Below the pieces are notes generated by a model. The model searched no databases. It worked only from the letters and a program-made list of their open reading frames with translations, and was not told the origin of the DNA. From Malacoraja senta (Eukaryota), in assembly GCA_038087875.1 (NCBI GenBank), contig CM075989.1, positions 8,310,001 to 8,370,000 of the forward strand: 60,000 nucleotides of DNA, in the 5' to 3' direction. Position numbers and translations under genes: made by a program. Shown one piece after another: positions 12,321-24,172 of the stretch; the first letter of the stretch is position 1; the number at the start of each line of letters is the position of its first letter.

Positions 12321-14354
12321 TGTTATGGGGTGTCAAAGGTTACGGGGAGAAGGCAGGGGAATGGGGTTAGGATAGAGAGATAGATCAGCCATGATTAAAT
12401 GGCAGAGTAGACTTAATGGGCCGAATGGCCTAATTCTGATCCTATCACTTACGATCTTATGACTGGATAACACTATCAACGTAAAGAAAGCCATTTCCTT
12501 TTTTTCCTATTTCTTGCATATATTCTTTATGAATACAGCTTCCGTTTGAAATTTAAAAATCCTTGTAACCAAATGTAGAGAGTGATGAAGGAGCTATCTG
12601 GCTTAAACTGGCTTCTGACCCAGCTTGTGATCCTCCATCCGACTGACAAACATCAATCTAATCTATTTCAATAATACTTTCAAAACATTACATGCGACAG
12701 AAGGATTCTGACCTTTTCATTAATTGAGAAACCTATTTTTGAATGTTGTTGGCTTTAAGCAATAGATTCTGAAAATTATGTGCTCTCACAAGGCTTTGCT
12801 AATCTAATACCTTTTTGGATTGATGTGGCTTATGGCTTATTCAACTTAGTAAGCACAGCTAATTCTTAGAGCAATTGGTCTGTCCATGCAACAAAATAAT
12901 TCTAAACCTCAGCAAGGGAAAGGGGACTAATTTCTGCTTTCTCTAAAGAAGATACATTAATCTGCTTTAGTATTACTCAGAAAACATTGCCAGAAAAGAT
13001 AAAAAGAAAAGCCATCTTGCACCACTTCCTCCATGATCACTCCAGCTGGTAGTATTATAGACAGGGGTCACTGGTCTTGGAACATTCATTACAAAAGAGC
13101 CACGCCTTTGCTACAGTTATGGCGTGTTCTAAGCAGCCTCACATGTAGTAATGACACTTTACGATGAATGCCGTGACGCACTTTACAAGGTCAAATGGTC
13201 CCTTCAAGGAATTTAACCCAGACTAGACCCCACAGATTTTCTTTCTGGCCAACATTCATCCGTCAACTAACACCATGTGTGGATGGAATGGTCGTGTATT
13301 TGAGGGATACTGTGTCGTGCAGAACCTGGCTGCTGCTTTTCCCTAACATTTCAATGAAGTCTTCAGACATGCTCGACTGGAACACACCTTGACCCATTCT
13401 ACAGTATTGAACAATGTTATTTGAATGCAAATTATTCCTTCATGACAGACCTTTCTTTGAAATAAGCCCTTATTGATTTGTATCAACTGCCAAATCCCTC
13501 TTCCTGTCACTTCTGTTCTGCTTTTAGTCCCTTTTTACTGATCTGATTGTGTGGCCAGGATGGGTAGATTCTGGAAAAGCTCAGCTGTTCAGGCAACGCC
13601 TGTGGAACATTTTGAGTTAAGACCCTTCATAAGACGTGAGAAGGGGAAGAAAGCAAAAAAAAAGAGACAAAGTGCTGGAGTAACTCAGGGGTCAGGCAGC
13701 ATCTCTGGGGAACATGGGTAGGTGATGTGTGTAGGAAGGAACTGCAGATGTGTGCAGATGCTGATTTAAACAGAAGATAGACACAAAATGCTGGAGTAAT
13801 TCAGCGGGACAGGCAGCATCTCTGGAGAGAAGGAATGGGTGACATTTCGGGTCGAGACTAGTCAGAGGAAAGGGAAATGAGAGATATAGACAGTGATGTA
13901 GAGAGATATAGAACAAATGAATGAAAGATATACAAAAAAAGTAACAGTGATAAAGGAAACAGGTCTGTCCCACTGAGTTACTCCAGCATTTTGTGTCTAT
14001 CTATGGATAAGGGGTTGTTTTGGGTCAGACCATTCTTCGGGGTCCTGACCCAAAATGACACCTATCTATGTTCTCCAGCGATGTTGCCTGGCCCACTGTT
14101 ACTCCAACACATTGTGTCTTTTCTTGTAAACCAGCACCTGCAGTTCCTTACGTTTACAGGAATGAAAATAAGTTAGTCTGAGAACCAGAGGAAGAGAAGG
14201 AAGGCACTGGGTGGAATAAAGGGAAAGTCTGTAACAGTGAAAATGTTGGAGCCATTGCATTGACAGGTAAGCTCCTCCCACATTCTGAAGACCCTTCTTC
14301 AGTGTACGTGGACGGCCAAGCTGGAGAGATGAAGACTTTCCTTGAGCCGGTGGG

Positions 14355-15262
14355 TGGGTACCTTTGGAGTACTTGAACCAAAGCAGATTGTCGCATGTGT
14401 ACAGGTGAGTGGTAGAGGAACTGGAAGGAGACGGAGAGCTTCCACCACAGAGACACATGGTGGCAGGACAACAACGTCTCCCTCTATGTCAGCAAGTCAA
14501 AGGAGCTAGTTGTCAACTTCAGGAAGCGTGTTGGAGTAGATGCCCCAGTCAGCATCAATGGTGCCGAGGTGGAAATGGTTGAAAGCCTCAAGTTTCTTGG
14601 CATTAATATTACCAACCACCTATCGTGAACCAATGACATTGAAATGACAGCCAAGAAAGCACACCAATGCCTCTGTTTCCTCGAGAGAGAGACTATGGAA
14701 ATCGGCATGTTTCCATTGATTCTTTCAAACTTCTACAGATGCATCATAAAGTGTATCCTGTTCGGTTGCATCACAGCTTCGTTTGTGAACACCTCTGCCC
14801 AAGACCAGAAGAAGATGTTGCCTAGTCCATCACACAGACCAGACTCCCCACCATTTACTCCATCTCCAATTCACGCTGCGTCACAAAAGCAGCCAACGTA
14901 ATCAATGACTTGGTTATTCCTTCTTCTCCCCCTCCCATTGGGCAGAAGATACAGAAACTTGAAAGTAGGCACCAAAGACTGCTTTCCCCCCTCTGCAATC
15001 AGACTTCAGCGTGGTCCTTCCATGACCTAGGGTGCTGTCCGATTCACCTCTACCCCGTGGCGGACATTGAACTTTGTCAATGGAACTGGTGTGCAGCATT
15101 GCTGAGAACTATATTCTGCATGATGTATCTTCCCCTTTGCTCCACCTGTTGTGCTCGAGTTGGGCTCAATTGTATTTACGTATGGTGTTATCCGATTTGA
15201 TTCGATGGCAGCAAAAAAAGCTTTTTACTGTTCCACAGAACATGCAACAATAATAAGCCTAA
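14355..15262 (+). mobile_element. Rex1/Babar-type LINE 3' fragment
   Basis: KSKELVVNFRK, SLKFLG, KKAHQCL, NFYRCIIKCILFGCITA motifs. Confidence 0.75.
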
Positions 15263-16439
15263 AGCAAGAATCTGGGGATATTGATGGGAATGTGGGGAGA
15301 ATAAAGTGGGATTAGTGTCAAGATTAATTCAATAGGTGCTTAATGCTTGGCATGTACTTGGTGGGCTCAAGATCCTATTTTGTGTGTTACGTGACTCCAC
15401 GAGATGTTAATAATAGGTGGCGTACATTTAGGTTACTTGCGTGGAAAGAGGAGTTAGAAATTGAGGAAAATGTATTTCATCCAAAGGGCGGGGTGTCTGA
15501 AAGTCTGCTTGAAAGGGCGCTGGAGGCAAAAATCCACAAGCGATTGAATTCTTGTAGCCCTTGGCACAGAATGACCCAGAGCTGGGAAATGGGAATGACC
15601 CGATAGCCTTCCCCAGCGCCATTCATTTTTATGATTCTCTGATCTCTCAGCATGAAGACAGATGACACAGATAATTCCTGAAGCAGCACTAAGACTCAGA
15701 GGGAGCAAATGTTTCCTTGCGGAAGGAACATATTTAATATTGATGACTTCTACTTTGCTGAAAAGACCAACTTTTCCGAGTCTTTTTTAAAATTAAATAA
15801 TGGCAGTATACATAGACTCTTCCTGGAATGTAAAAGCTTTTTATTTAAAAGTCTTTGCAATCCTCTGCAATTAAAAAGACAGCTGAGTCCAATGTTATTT
15901 GTGTGTGTTCATTCAAAGAAAGCAAAATAAACAAAAAAATCTATAATTGAACCAAATATATTTGCAGTGGAGGCTTAATGGAGTGTCGTAAAGAAAGCCA
16001 CTGAGAGAAGACTACAGAGCACAAAGTAGACAGCTGAAAGCATGGCCATTAATGGGGAGAGAAAATGGGTGATGTGCAAGATATCAAAATCAACCGGAGA
16101 ATAGGAGCTGGTGGTTATGGAAATAGGGAGGGAGTAAAACCAGGAAGGGATGTAACTAAGGGGGAGAAATTTTAAATGGAAGCATTGAACAAATGTAGGA
16201 CAGCAAGTCAGGCTGTGTAAGAAGTTGCATCAGTGCTTGGGACATATCAACTGAGCTGTTTTGTTTTGTCTTTTGCAAGTTTTCATTTTTGTCACCCTGC
16301 TCCTTCAAGCTGCAAATGTCTCAACTTAGATGGAGGGTTTTAGCAGGTAATTCAAGGAGCCAAACTCAGATCCTTGCTTTTTATAACATCTACTGAAAGG
16401 GCAATTGCCATCCCTCGTAGAATGGCTCTAGATCTCTGA

Positions 16440-17230
16440 GAAGCTGGATCAATTGGGAAAGTACTCTAAGAATTGACAGATGGAATTTAACTTGGACAAG
16501 TGTGAATTGATGTACTTTGGAATGTTAAACGAGGACAGAATGCAGGCAGTGAATGGCAGAGCCCGAGGGAGTGTGGTAGAACAGAGGGGCCCAGTGGGAC
16601 AAATCCACTTCCCTGAAAGTAGCAGCACAGGTAGATAGGTCATTAGGAGACATATGACACTCTGGGTACACAAAAATGCTGGAGAAACTCAGCGGGTGCA
16701 GCAGCATCTATGGAGCGAAGGAAATAGGTAACGTTTCGGGCCGAAACCCTTCTTCAGACTGATAGGGGGTGGGAAGAAAGGAAAAAAGGAAAAAGGCGGA
16801 GGAGGAGCCCGAGGGCTGGAGGAGGGGAGGAGACAACCAGATGGCTGATGAAGGGGAGGGGACAGCAAGGGCTAGCAGAATTGGGAGAATTCAATGTTCA
16901 AACCCCCAGGATGTAGACTGCCCAAGCGGAATATGAGGTGCATTTCCTCCAATTTACGGTGTTTATGACACTCTGGCCCTTGTTGGGAGGTCATACAGGG
17001 CATTGGTGGGATGACACCTGGAATACAGTGTGCAGTTCTAATGATCATTACAATGGAATGATGTAATTCAGCTAGAGGGTGCAGAAGAGATTCACAAGAT
17101 TGTTGCTGGAACTCGAGAGATTCAGTTATAAGGAGAGACTAGACAGCCTGGACTGTTTCATCCAGGATAGAAGGTAGCTGAGGGATGACCTTGTAGAGGT
17201 TTATAAAATTATCAGTTGCACAGATGAGAT
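16440..17230 (+). mobile_element. Degenerate CR1 RT fragment
   Basis: Degenerate QMEFNLDKC, HLEYSVQF, RFTRL motifs; interrupted by 16666-16963. Confidence 0.65.
16666..16963 (-). mobile_element. Penelope-like element 3' fragment (GIY-YIG tail plus hammerhead-core repeat)
   Basis: Minus strand encodes RKLEEMHLIFRLGSLHPGGLNIEFS; CTGAAGAAGGGTTTCGGCCCGAAACGTTA; 13-bp TSD tatgacactctgg at 16653-16665 and 16964-16976. Confidence 0.75.
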
Positions 17231-18270
17231 GGATCATCATCGTCCTTCCCCACCCCCCTCCATCCACACCCCCCAAAATGTCCAAACCCAAAACGTCACC
17301 TATCCATGTTCTCCAGAAATGTTGCCTGACTCGCTAAGTTACTCCAGCACTTTGTGCCCTATTTTCCCCCCCCCCCAAATTCAGGGGTTGGAATGTGAGA
17401 AACAGCAGCCAATTTGGCCCAAGGAAGCCCCCAGTAACAGCATTGTGAAAATAATCAGGTATCCATTTTGTTTAGTGATATTGTTTGAGACACAAATATT
17501 TCTCAGAAGTAAACTCCCTGTGGCATGTTGCCACTGCTTCTTTTGCATATAACTTGCCTAAGAAAATGGGCTTTCAGTTTGGCATTCCATCTTAAAGCCA
17601 TTTCCTCTGCCTGCAGGCCTTCCTCAGAACATTGGAGTGTTAACTATGTTCTCGTCTCAGATCTCTGGCGTGGAACGTGACCTCGTGACTCAGAGGCAAG
17701 AGCGCTGCTACTGAACCGGGAAACAGCTGAAGCATAGGTTTGGAAGGGAGAGCGGTGAAAACACTTTTTTTTTTTTTTTAAATGACAGTCCAGGATAGCA
17801 GGTGTGTAGATGTCAAAAGCAAGCGTGAGGGAAGAGCTCAAATTGATTGGGGCCATCATTTATTAATAGCTCAATAGAGGGCAAATGGAACTCCATCAAC
17901 GTCGTAGAGGAGAACGCAAAGGTCAAAACATTCATTAAATTAGCATGGGTAAAGTAAAATAAATGCTTGCAAATGAATCAACGAGTCAATTGATTCCAAA
18001 ATAAGAAGAGGGAGCTTTGAAATAGGTTGATTTTCAAGAAGACAGAAATGTCAGAAGTTTGTGATCAGAGTAATCAGATAACTGGGGGAAACTGCAATGA
18101 GCTCAAGAGCCAACATTTTTTTTTAGCATTATTAAACGAGATTAGAGTGCAGGCAGAATTAAGAGTCTCAAATGGGATGCCAATGAGAATAAAATGGCGT
18201 GGAATGAAATGCCTAAGAAAATTGGCTTTCAGTTTGGCATTCCATCTTAAAGCCATTTCCTCTGACTGCA

Positions 18271-18448
18271 GGGCCGAATGGCCTACTCCTGCACCTATTG
18301 TCTATTGCTTCGTAAAGATAGCAGAGTCAGGGGATATGGGGAGAAGGCAGTAACGGGGTCCTGATTGTGGATGATCAGCCATGATCACATTGAATGGCGG
18401 TGCTGGCTCGAAGGGCTGAATGGCCTACTCCTGCACCTATTGTCTATA
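18271..18448 (+). mobile_element. Tandem HER1/CR1 3'-end fragments
   Basis: Two copies of gaatggcctactcctgcacctattgtctat. Confidence 0.75.
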
Positions 18449-19454
18449 GGACAAGAGGAGGAATGAGGAAAAGAAAATTGCTCCGAGACATATTATTAAC
18501 CGGAATTCATTGTCTAAAAGGGCAGTCTCAAGGCAGATTCAGTGGTAGCTTTCCAAAGAGTGTTGGACATATACTGGAAAGGAAAATATTGCACAGCTAT
18601 GGTAATAGAGAAAGGACCTAAGACTAATTGGATAGATCTTTCAAAATTCTGAAAGGCATGGTGGATCAAACTGCATCTGTTCTACAGCATCATTCTATGA
18701 TTCAGTGAAGAGGAGGTGGAGAAGATTTTTAATAACTCTGCAGTTAGTATTATTGGAATTTGTCACACATATATTCAGCTGGGATTTCCAACCCTGACAT
18801 AGATACAGAACAAGCTAACGTGCACTGTGATGTACACATCTGCATGCACACTTATATTTGACATGCAAGCTTGCATTCCATCTCGCATACATATTCCTCC
18901 AGAGTTACTCACATCCACTCACACACACACACACACAAACATTCATACCCACACTCTGTTTTTCTCTCTCTCTCCCCCTCTCTCACATGCACTCACACGC
19001 ACTCACTCCAGATAGTGATCAAAGAACAATCAGAAACCATAGCTTTAGAGCACGGGACTGCCTGTGGCATAACCTACTGTATCATTGTCCCAGCTGAAAT
19101 CCACTCACCACGGAATCATCGCACCTGATATGCTGTTGGTTTGCTGCACATTGGAAGTGTATTTCTCAATACTCTGAGGCAGCACTTAGCAAGCTGTAAA
19201 TGAGAGACTTAATTGGCTGCCGTCTTTAAAGTTGTAATATAAACTGGAGAGACGAATAAAGACTCAAGTCAAAGCCATTCAATTGCATAGTTGCATGCCC
19301 AATAATTAAATGGATTAGGTCGCACAAAAGAACATTCCATGGAAACAGTGACGCTCAGAAAAGACCAGTTGGTGTATTATTCGATAGAAACTTACTCCAG
19401 ATAACCTCCGAGCCAGGATAATGTAATATAATATAATGTAATATAAAAGCCCAT

Positions 19455-19745
19455 GATGGGTGGTGCAGTGGTAGAGTTGCTGCCCTACAGCACCAGAGAA
19501 CTGGTTTGATCCTGACTGTATAGAGTTTGCACGCTCTCCCCGTGACCTGCGTGGATTTTCTCCGGGTGCTCCGGTTCCCTCCCACATTCCAAAGATGTAC
19601 AGATTTGTAGGCTAATTGGCTCAGTAAAATTGTAAATTTGTCCCGAATGTGTATCAGACAGTTAGTGTATGGGGGATCACTGGTCAGCGTGGACTTGGTG
19701 GGCCAAAGGGCCTGTTTCCGTACTGTATCTCTAAACTAAACTAAA
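19455..19745 (+). mobile_element. V-type (HE1-like) SINE
   Basis: Same head, core and (CTAAA)n tail as 2017-2308. Confidence 0.85.
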
Positions 19746-20095
19746 TCTTTCAGAAAGGTCCATGGATGAAAATGTGAAAAAGCAAAATACCACAAATGCT
19801 CAGAATCTGGATATTCTCTCTAGGCCAGGGAGCATCAATGGAAAGGAAACATTGGAACATGGGAAAATAGCTAACTTTGTTAGTAAATTTCCAGATGACA
19901 CCAAAATTGGTGGTAGAGTGACAGTAAGGAAGGATATCAAAGTTTACAACAGGATCTAGATCAGTCGGGATGTTGGGCAAAGGAAAGGCAAATGGACTTT
20001 AACAAAGCGTGAGGTGTTGCATTTTGGTAGGTCAAGTCAATAAATAAAAATGTTTTAATTAAAAAAGAATAGGATCCCCTTTAAACCAGAGGAAT

Positions 20096-21082
20096 TTATA
20101 CAGAACTTAAAATAGTTTCTGCAAACAGCCCCGTATTGGTAATAGGCCGATAGTAAAACTGTTGAAACATCAACTCATTGGACCACCCGGCGGCTGCGAG
20201 AATATGGTCGACGGGGACGTCCTTCGCCGTGGCCGCCGACGTTGCTGCTGCCCTAGTCGAATGGGACGTAAAAACATCAGTGTTAATACCTGCAGCAATC
20301 AAGACTTGTTTTAGCCATCTTGAAATAGTCTGTACTGAGACTCTCTTGTGTGGTTTTTATTTGTGTGATAAACAAACCAGTTTCCATATTTCGTAAGACC
20401 CTTGTAACCTCAATGTATTGTAACAAATATGTCTTAGTACAGAGACATGGATCCGTTGGATATGCTGATAAAACAATTCTGAATCCTGTCACACCTGGCC
20501 TTCTTTGTTTCAGTAGGTCATAAATGTAAAACATAACATTATCTTCAGCCACTTACATCCTGTCTATTTGCAATTTTTGAAATGTCTGCACTCGCTGTGC
20601 TGTTACTAATGCCATAAGCATGACCACTTTCATACTGAGTTTGGCCAAAGTCAAAGACATACCAGGAGACCATTCACAAAGTAGCTTAAGAACCACACTT
20701 ACAGTACATCCCAGATTGCCATGTACCTAGGCTTAGGCGGTCTGGAATTAAAAATTCCTTTCATCAATCTGGAAACAAGTGGATGAGACCCAATAGGATT
20801 TCCTTCTGACTCCACAAATAAATATGAGGACAATGCACTCCTGGCTGAATTAATTGCACTATAACTCAACCCCTCATTGTAATAAAGTGTTGACAAAAAC
20901 TCTAAAACATTTGAGATATCTGCCGTACAATATTCAACATTATTTTGTACACAGAACTTTTCCCATTTCTTAATATAAGAAATGTACTGCTTTTGAGTGC
21001 TCTTCCTCCAGGCTGCCGTAAGCATGTCCACAGTATGCCCAGACAGTCCTTGCCCGAGAAAAGGCCTTCTTAAAACCTGCAA
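20096..21082 (-). pseudogene. DIRS tyrosine recombinase (split into 3-4 frames)
   Basis: SAM-like N-terminus (WRKSTQKQY...LSYSAINSARSALS...HPLVSRLMKG); catalytic motifs TAQRVQT, FTSHSTRAAATS, AAGWS, FQQFY. Confidence 0.9.
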
Positions 21083-21440
21083 ATTAACAAATCCAAACGA
21101 TCATTTAATGGATGTTGTTCTCCTGTTACCAGATGCAGTAATAAATCCCTTCTTTTCGGGACTTTCATCAAAGGCCATGTCGTCAATTCTAATATCAAAG
21201 GAAACCATGGCTGTATAGGCCAATCTGGTACCACCAATACCCCTGAAGCGGTATCTTGCCTGATTTTAAGCAAACACCGACTTATGAGGCAGAAAAGTGG
21301 AAATGCATACAAAAGCATACCACCCCAATGTAGCGAGAAAGCATCAATCGCTACTGCACCTGGATCTGGTTACAATGACACATATCTCGATAGCTGATGA
21401 TTTAATCTAGATGCGAACAAGTCGATATCTGGCATTCCAA
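21070..21440 (-). pseudogene. DIRS methyltransferase-like (Dam-like) domain, disrupted
   Basis: PDIDLFASRLN...YVS, DAFSLHW, YAFPLF, VVPDWPIQPWFP. Confidence 0.75.
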
Positions 21441-22836
21441 ATCTGATTACTATGTCATTGAATACCTCTCTATTCAACATCCATTCTTTGTTATCATGGA
21501 ATTTCCTTGACCTGGTGTCTGCTATAATATCCAATCTACCTGGTAGATAAATAGCAGAAATCCAAATACTCCTGTCAATACACCAAGACCAGATTTGATT
21601 AGCCAACTTATCACATGACACCGACTTGATTCCACCCATGTGATTAATATATGCCACTGCTGTTGTATTATCAATTTGCAACTGAACATGCAGGTTAGTT
21701 GTGTTAGAGCAATAAGCTTGGAGTCCATAGAACCCTCCTAAAAGCTCCAAATAGTTGATTCCCCATGTCTGCAGAAACAATGCCTCTTCCGTATTCCATC
21801 TGCCTCCGCAGCTGGATACCAAATCAGTTGCACCCCATCCTAGTGCACTGACATCAGTTTGTAATACCATGGAAGGCTGTTCAGTCAGTATTTTGCTGAA
21901 ACTGCTTGAGACATGTAGAATCCACCACTGCAAATCAGAAACAGCATTTGTTGTTAATTGCATGGCCCTATCAAAATGGCCACCATGCATCCTCAGTGCC
22001 TGTTCTTTAGCTCTCTGTAGCTGTTGGAAATGTAATGGCCCATATTGTACTGCTGGAAAAGCTGCTACTAATTTCCCCAGCACTCTAGCCACATGTCTAA
22101 TTGAAGGTTTTCTCTCATTTAACAGCTTAATGCAACCATCAATCAACTCCACCCTTTTTTCACTGAGCAAAGTAATTTCCATGTGAACTGAATCAATTGT
22201 GAAACCCAGATAATCAATTGATGTACGTGGTGTTAACCTTGATTTCTTTAGATGAATTAGAAAACCCAAACTTTCAAAAGTGGATTTAACAACTGAGACA
22301 GATAACTCAGCTAACTCTTTTGTTCGTCCTATAATCAGGACATCATCCAGGTACTCCATTACCACATGCCCCTGGCCTCTCAGCAGCCCTAGAATTGGTT
22401 TTAATAATTTAGTGAATATTCTGGGAGCTGAAGTTAACCCATTAGGCAGAGCTTTAAACTGCCATAACTGATTCATCCAGGTAAATTTTAGATATTTTCT
22501 ATCTTCCAAATGAACAGACACTGAATAATATGCATCTTTTAGATCAATAGTTGCCATATAACATGCTTTTGAAATCAGTTGTTTGGCAGTCACAAAAGTC
22601 TCCATTTTAAAGTGTCTAAATTGAACAAAAGGATTAAGACTTGTCAAGTCCAAAATAATCTTACATCCTCCATCCATTTTAGGTCGGGGAAATATATTAG
22701 ACACTAATTGGTGGGTTTGATAAACCGACTTTTCAATAACACCTTTATTACATAGGTTTTCAAGTTCAGCTTGAACCTCCATCACTTCTTTTTGTGAAAA
22801 CTGGAGTATTCTGCTAGGAACATGCTGGATGGGCAA
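21370..22836 (-). CDS. DIRS reverse transcriptase / RNase H (open 488 aa segment)
   Basis: IILDL..LN, FKMET, IDLKDAY, LPNGL.SAPRIFTK, YLDD, YLG; RNase H QTDVS..GWG, INYLEL, IDNTTA. Confidence 0.92.
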   Translation of the reverse strand: MPIQHVPSRILQFSQKEVMEVQAELENLCNKGVIEKSVYQTHQLVSNIFPRPKMDGGCKIILDLTSLNPFVQFRHFKMETFVTAKQLISKACYMATIDLKDAYYSVSVHLEDRKYLKFTWMNQLWQFKALPNGLTSAPRIFTKLLKPILGLLRGQGHVVMEYLDDVLIIGRTKELAELSVSVVKSTFESLGFLIHLKKSRLTPRTSIDYLGFTIDSVHMEITLLSEKRVELIDGCIKLLNERKPSIRHVARVLGKLVAAFPAVQYGPLHFQQLQRAKEQALRMHGGHFDRAMQLTTNAVSDLQWWILHVSSSFSKILTEQPSMVLQTDVSALGWGATDLVSSCGGRWNTEEALFLQTWGINYLELLGGFYGLQAYCSNTTNLHVQLQIDNTTAVAYINHMGGIKSVSCDKLANQIWSWCIDRSIWISAIYLPGRLDIIADTRSRKFHDNKEWMLNREVFNDIVIRFGMPDIDLFASRLNHQLSRYVSL

Positions 22837-22904
22837 ATCATAATTTGGATCGAACTCTATTCGAAATCCTTGTATAATACTCAGAATAACAAAGTCTGAA
22901 GTAA

Positions 22905-24172
22905 TCAGCTTCCAACTTTTATAGAAGAGATGAATCTGCCCCCAACTTTTGGCTGTACTGCCTTCAATATGTTCCCATGAGAACCAGGTCCACCTACCTC
23001 CTTAGTCACTTGAGTGACCTGTGGTCCCTGGCTTCTGGCGGGAAGACCCACGCTTGTTCGTGTTCCCGCTGCAGGACGCCAACTACGCCCCTGCGACGAT
23101 GATCGACTTGTTCCTGGTGTAGTCCCAGGATCAGTATGATGTCTGAAAGGATACCTCCTCTTCACAGACTTGCCAACCATCGATGGTTTGATCAACCCGG
23201 CTGTTTTTGCCTCATCATCCAACTCCTTCACGCGTCTCGCGAGATCATCTCCAAAGAGTAAGTTGGGCAGCTGCACATTACTGGGCTTGCAGAGTGCTAC
23301 GAATTTGGGATTGATGGTGGGCCGAATAGCACACTTCCTCAAACAATTGATCTCGAGGTGGGCGCTACATAGCAACCCCAGTGCCTCCTGTCATCTGCTG
23401 GCCTTTATCCATTGTTCTGGCAAATGCAGTTATTCCAGAACCCAGCAGCTTTAATATTCTCTGCAGCTTTATTTCTTGAGCTCTCATGCTCATGCCCATC
23501 AGACCCCATATCACTTGGTTTACTGCTGGTGCTTTCAATAAAATGCAGGTCCTCAGGGTCTCGTGCTTTTTGGCAGTTTCATCCATCGTAAGCTGCTCCA
23601 GCTGATGGGATACCAAATAGTTGATCGTGGAGGCCAACTCCTCTCCCAGTGGCTCTCCTGACCCTGACGGGGCAGCGAATCATACTGCCAGAGGTGGAAT
23701 ATCTGGCAGCTGCCGTTCTTCGCTTGAATCGGCCTCACCGTCAGAGTCGGGGTCAGAACTCTGCTGACCCTGTGCACGTGCCTCATCAATGAGGGTGCTC
23801 TCAAACAGCCCTTTGCTAGGTGCTGCTGACCTGGCTTCTGGAGCCTGACTTTGGCTACACTCTTCACTGAGTGTGCTTTTCTCCAGTAACCTGTGTATCA
23901 GGCTTTCCATCCGAGAGATCCGCTCAAAAGCGGTTTCCAGCCCTGGAGTCGCATCCTCCTCATCGGACTCCTCCTCCGTGGGCCGCACGGACTTGAATTT
24001 TGCCTTGCGCCCCACTGGCGCTGACTGAGTTCTTTTCAACCCCAAGTCCACAGTCGCTACGCTCCCAGCCGGCGACTGTACAGGGGTCTGAGGCAGCTGT
24101 TCGCCGACCGCAATCTCGCGACTTTCCACCGGCTTTGCCGCTAGCCTCTTCCCCCTTGCCCGTTTTTTCCAT
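22905..24172 (-). pseudogene. DIRS ORF1 (gag-like), frameshifted
   Basis: Chain of overlapping ORFs 23680-24204, 23365-23637 and 22905-23375 with LLFGDDL and R..IRP motifs; ATG in strong Kozak context GCACCATGG at 24170-24172. Confidence 0.7.
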
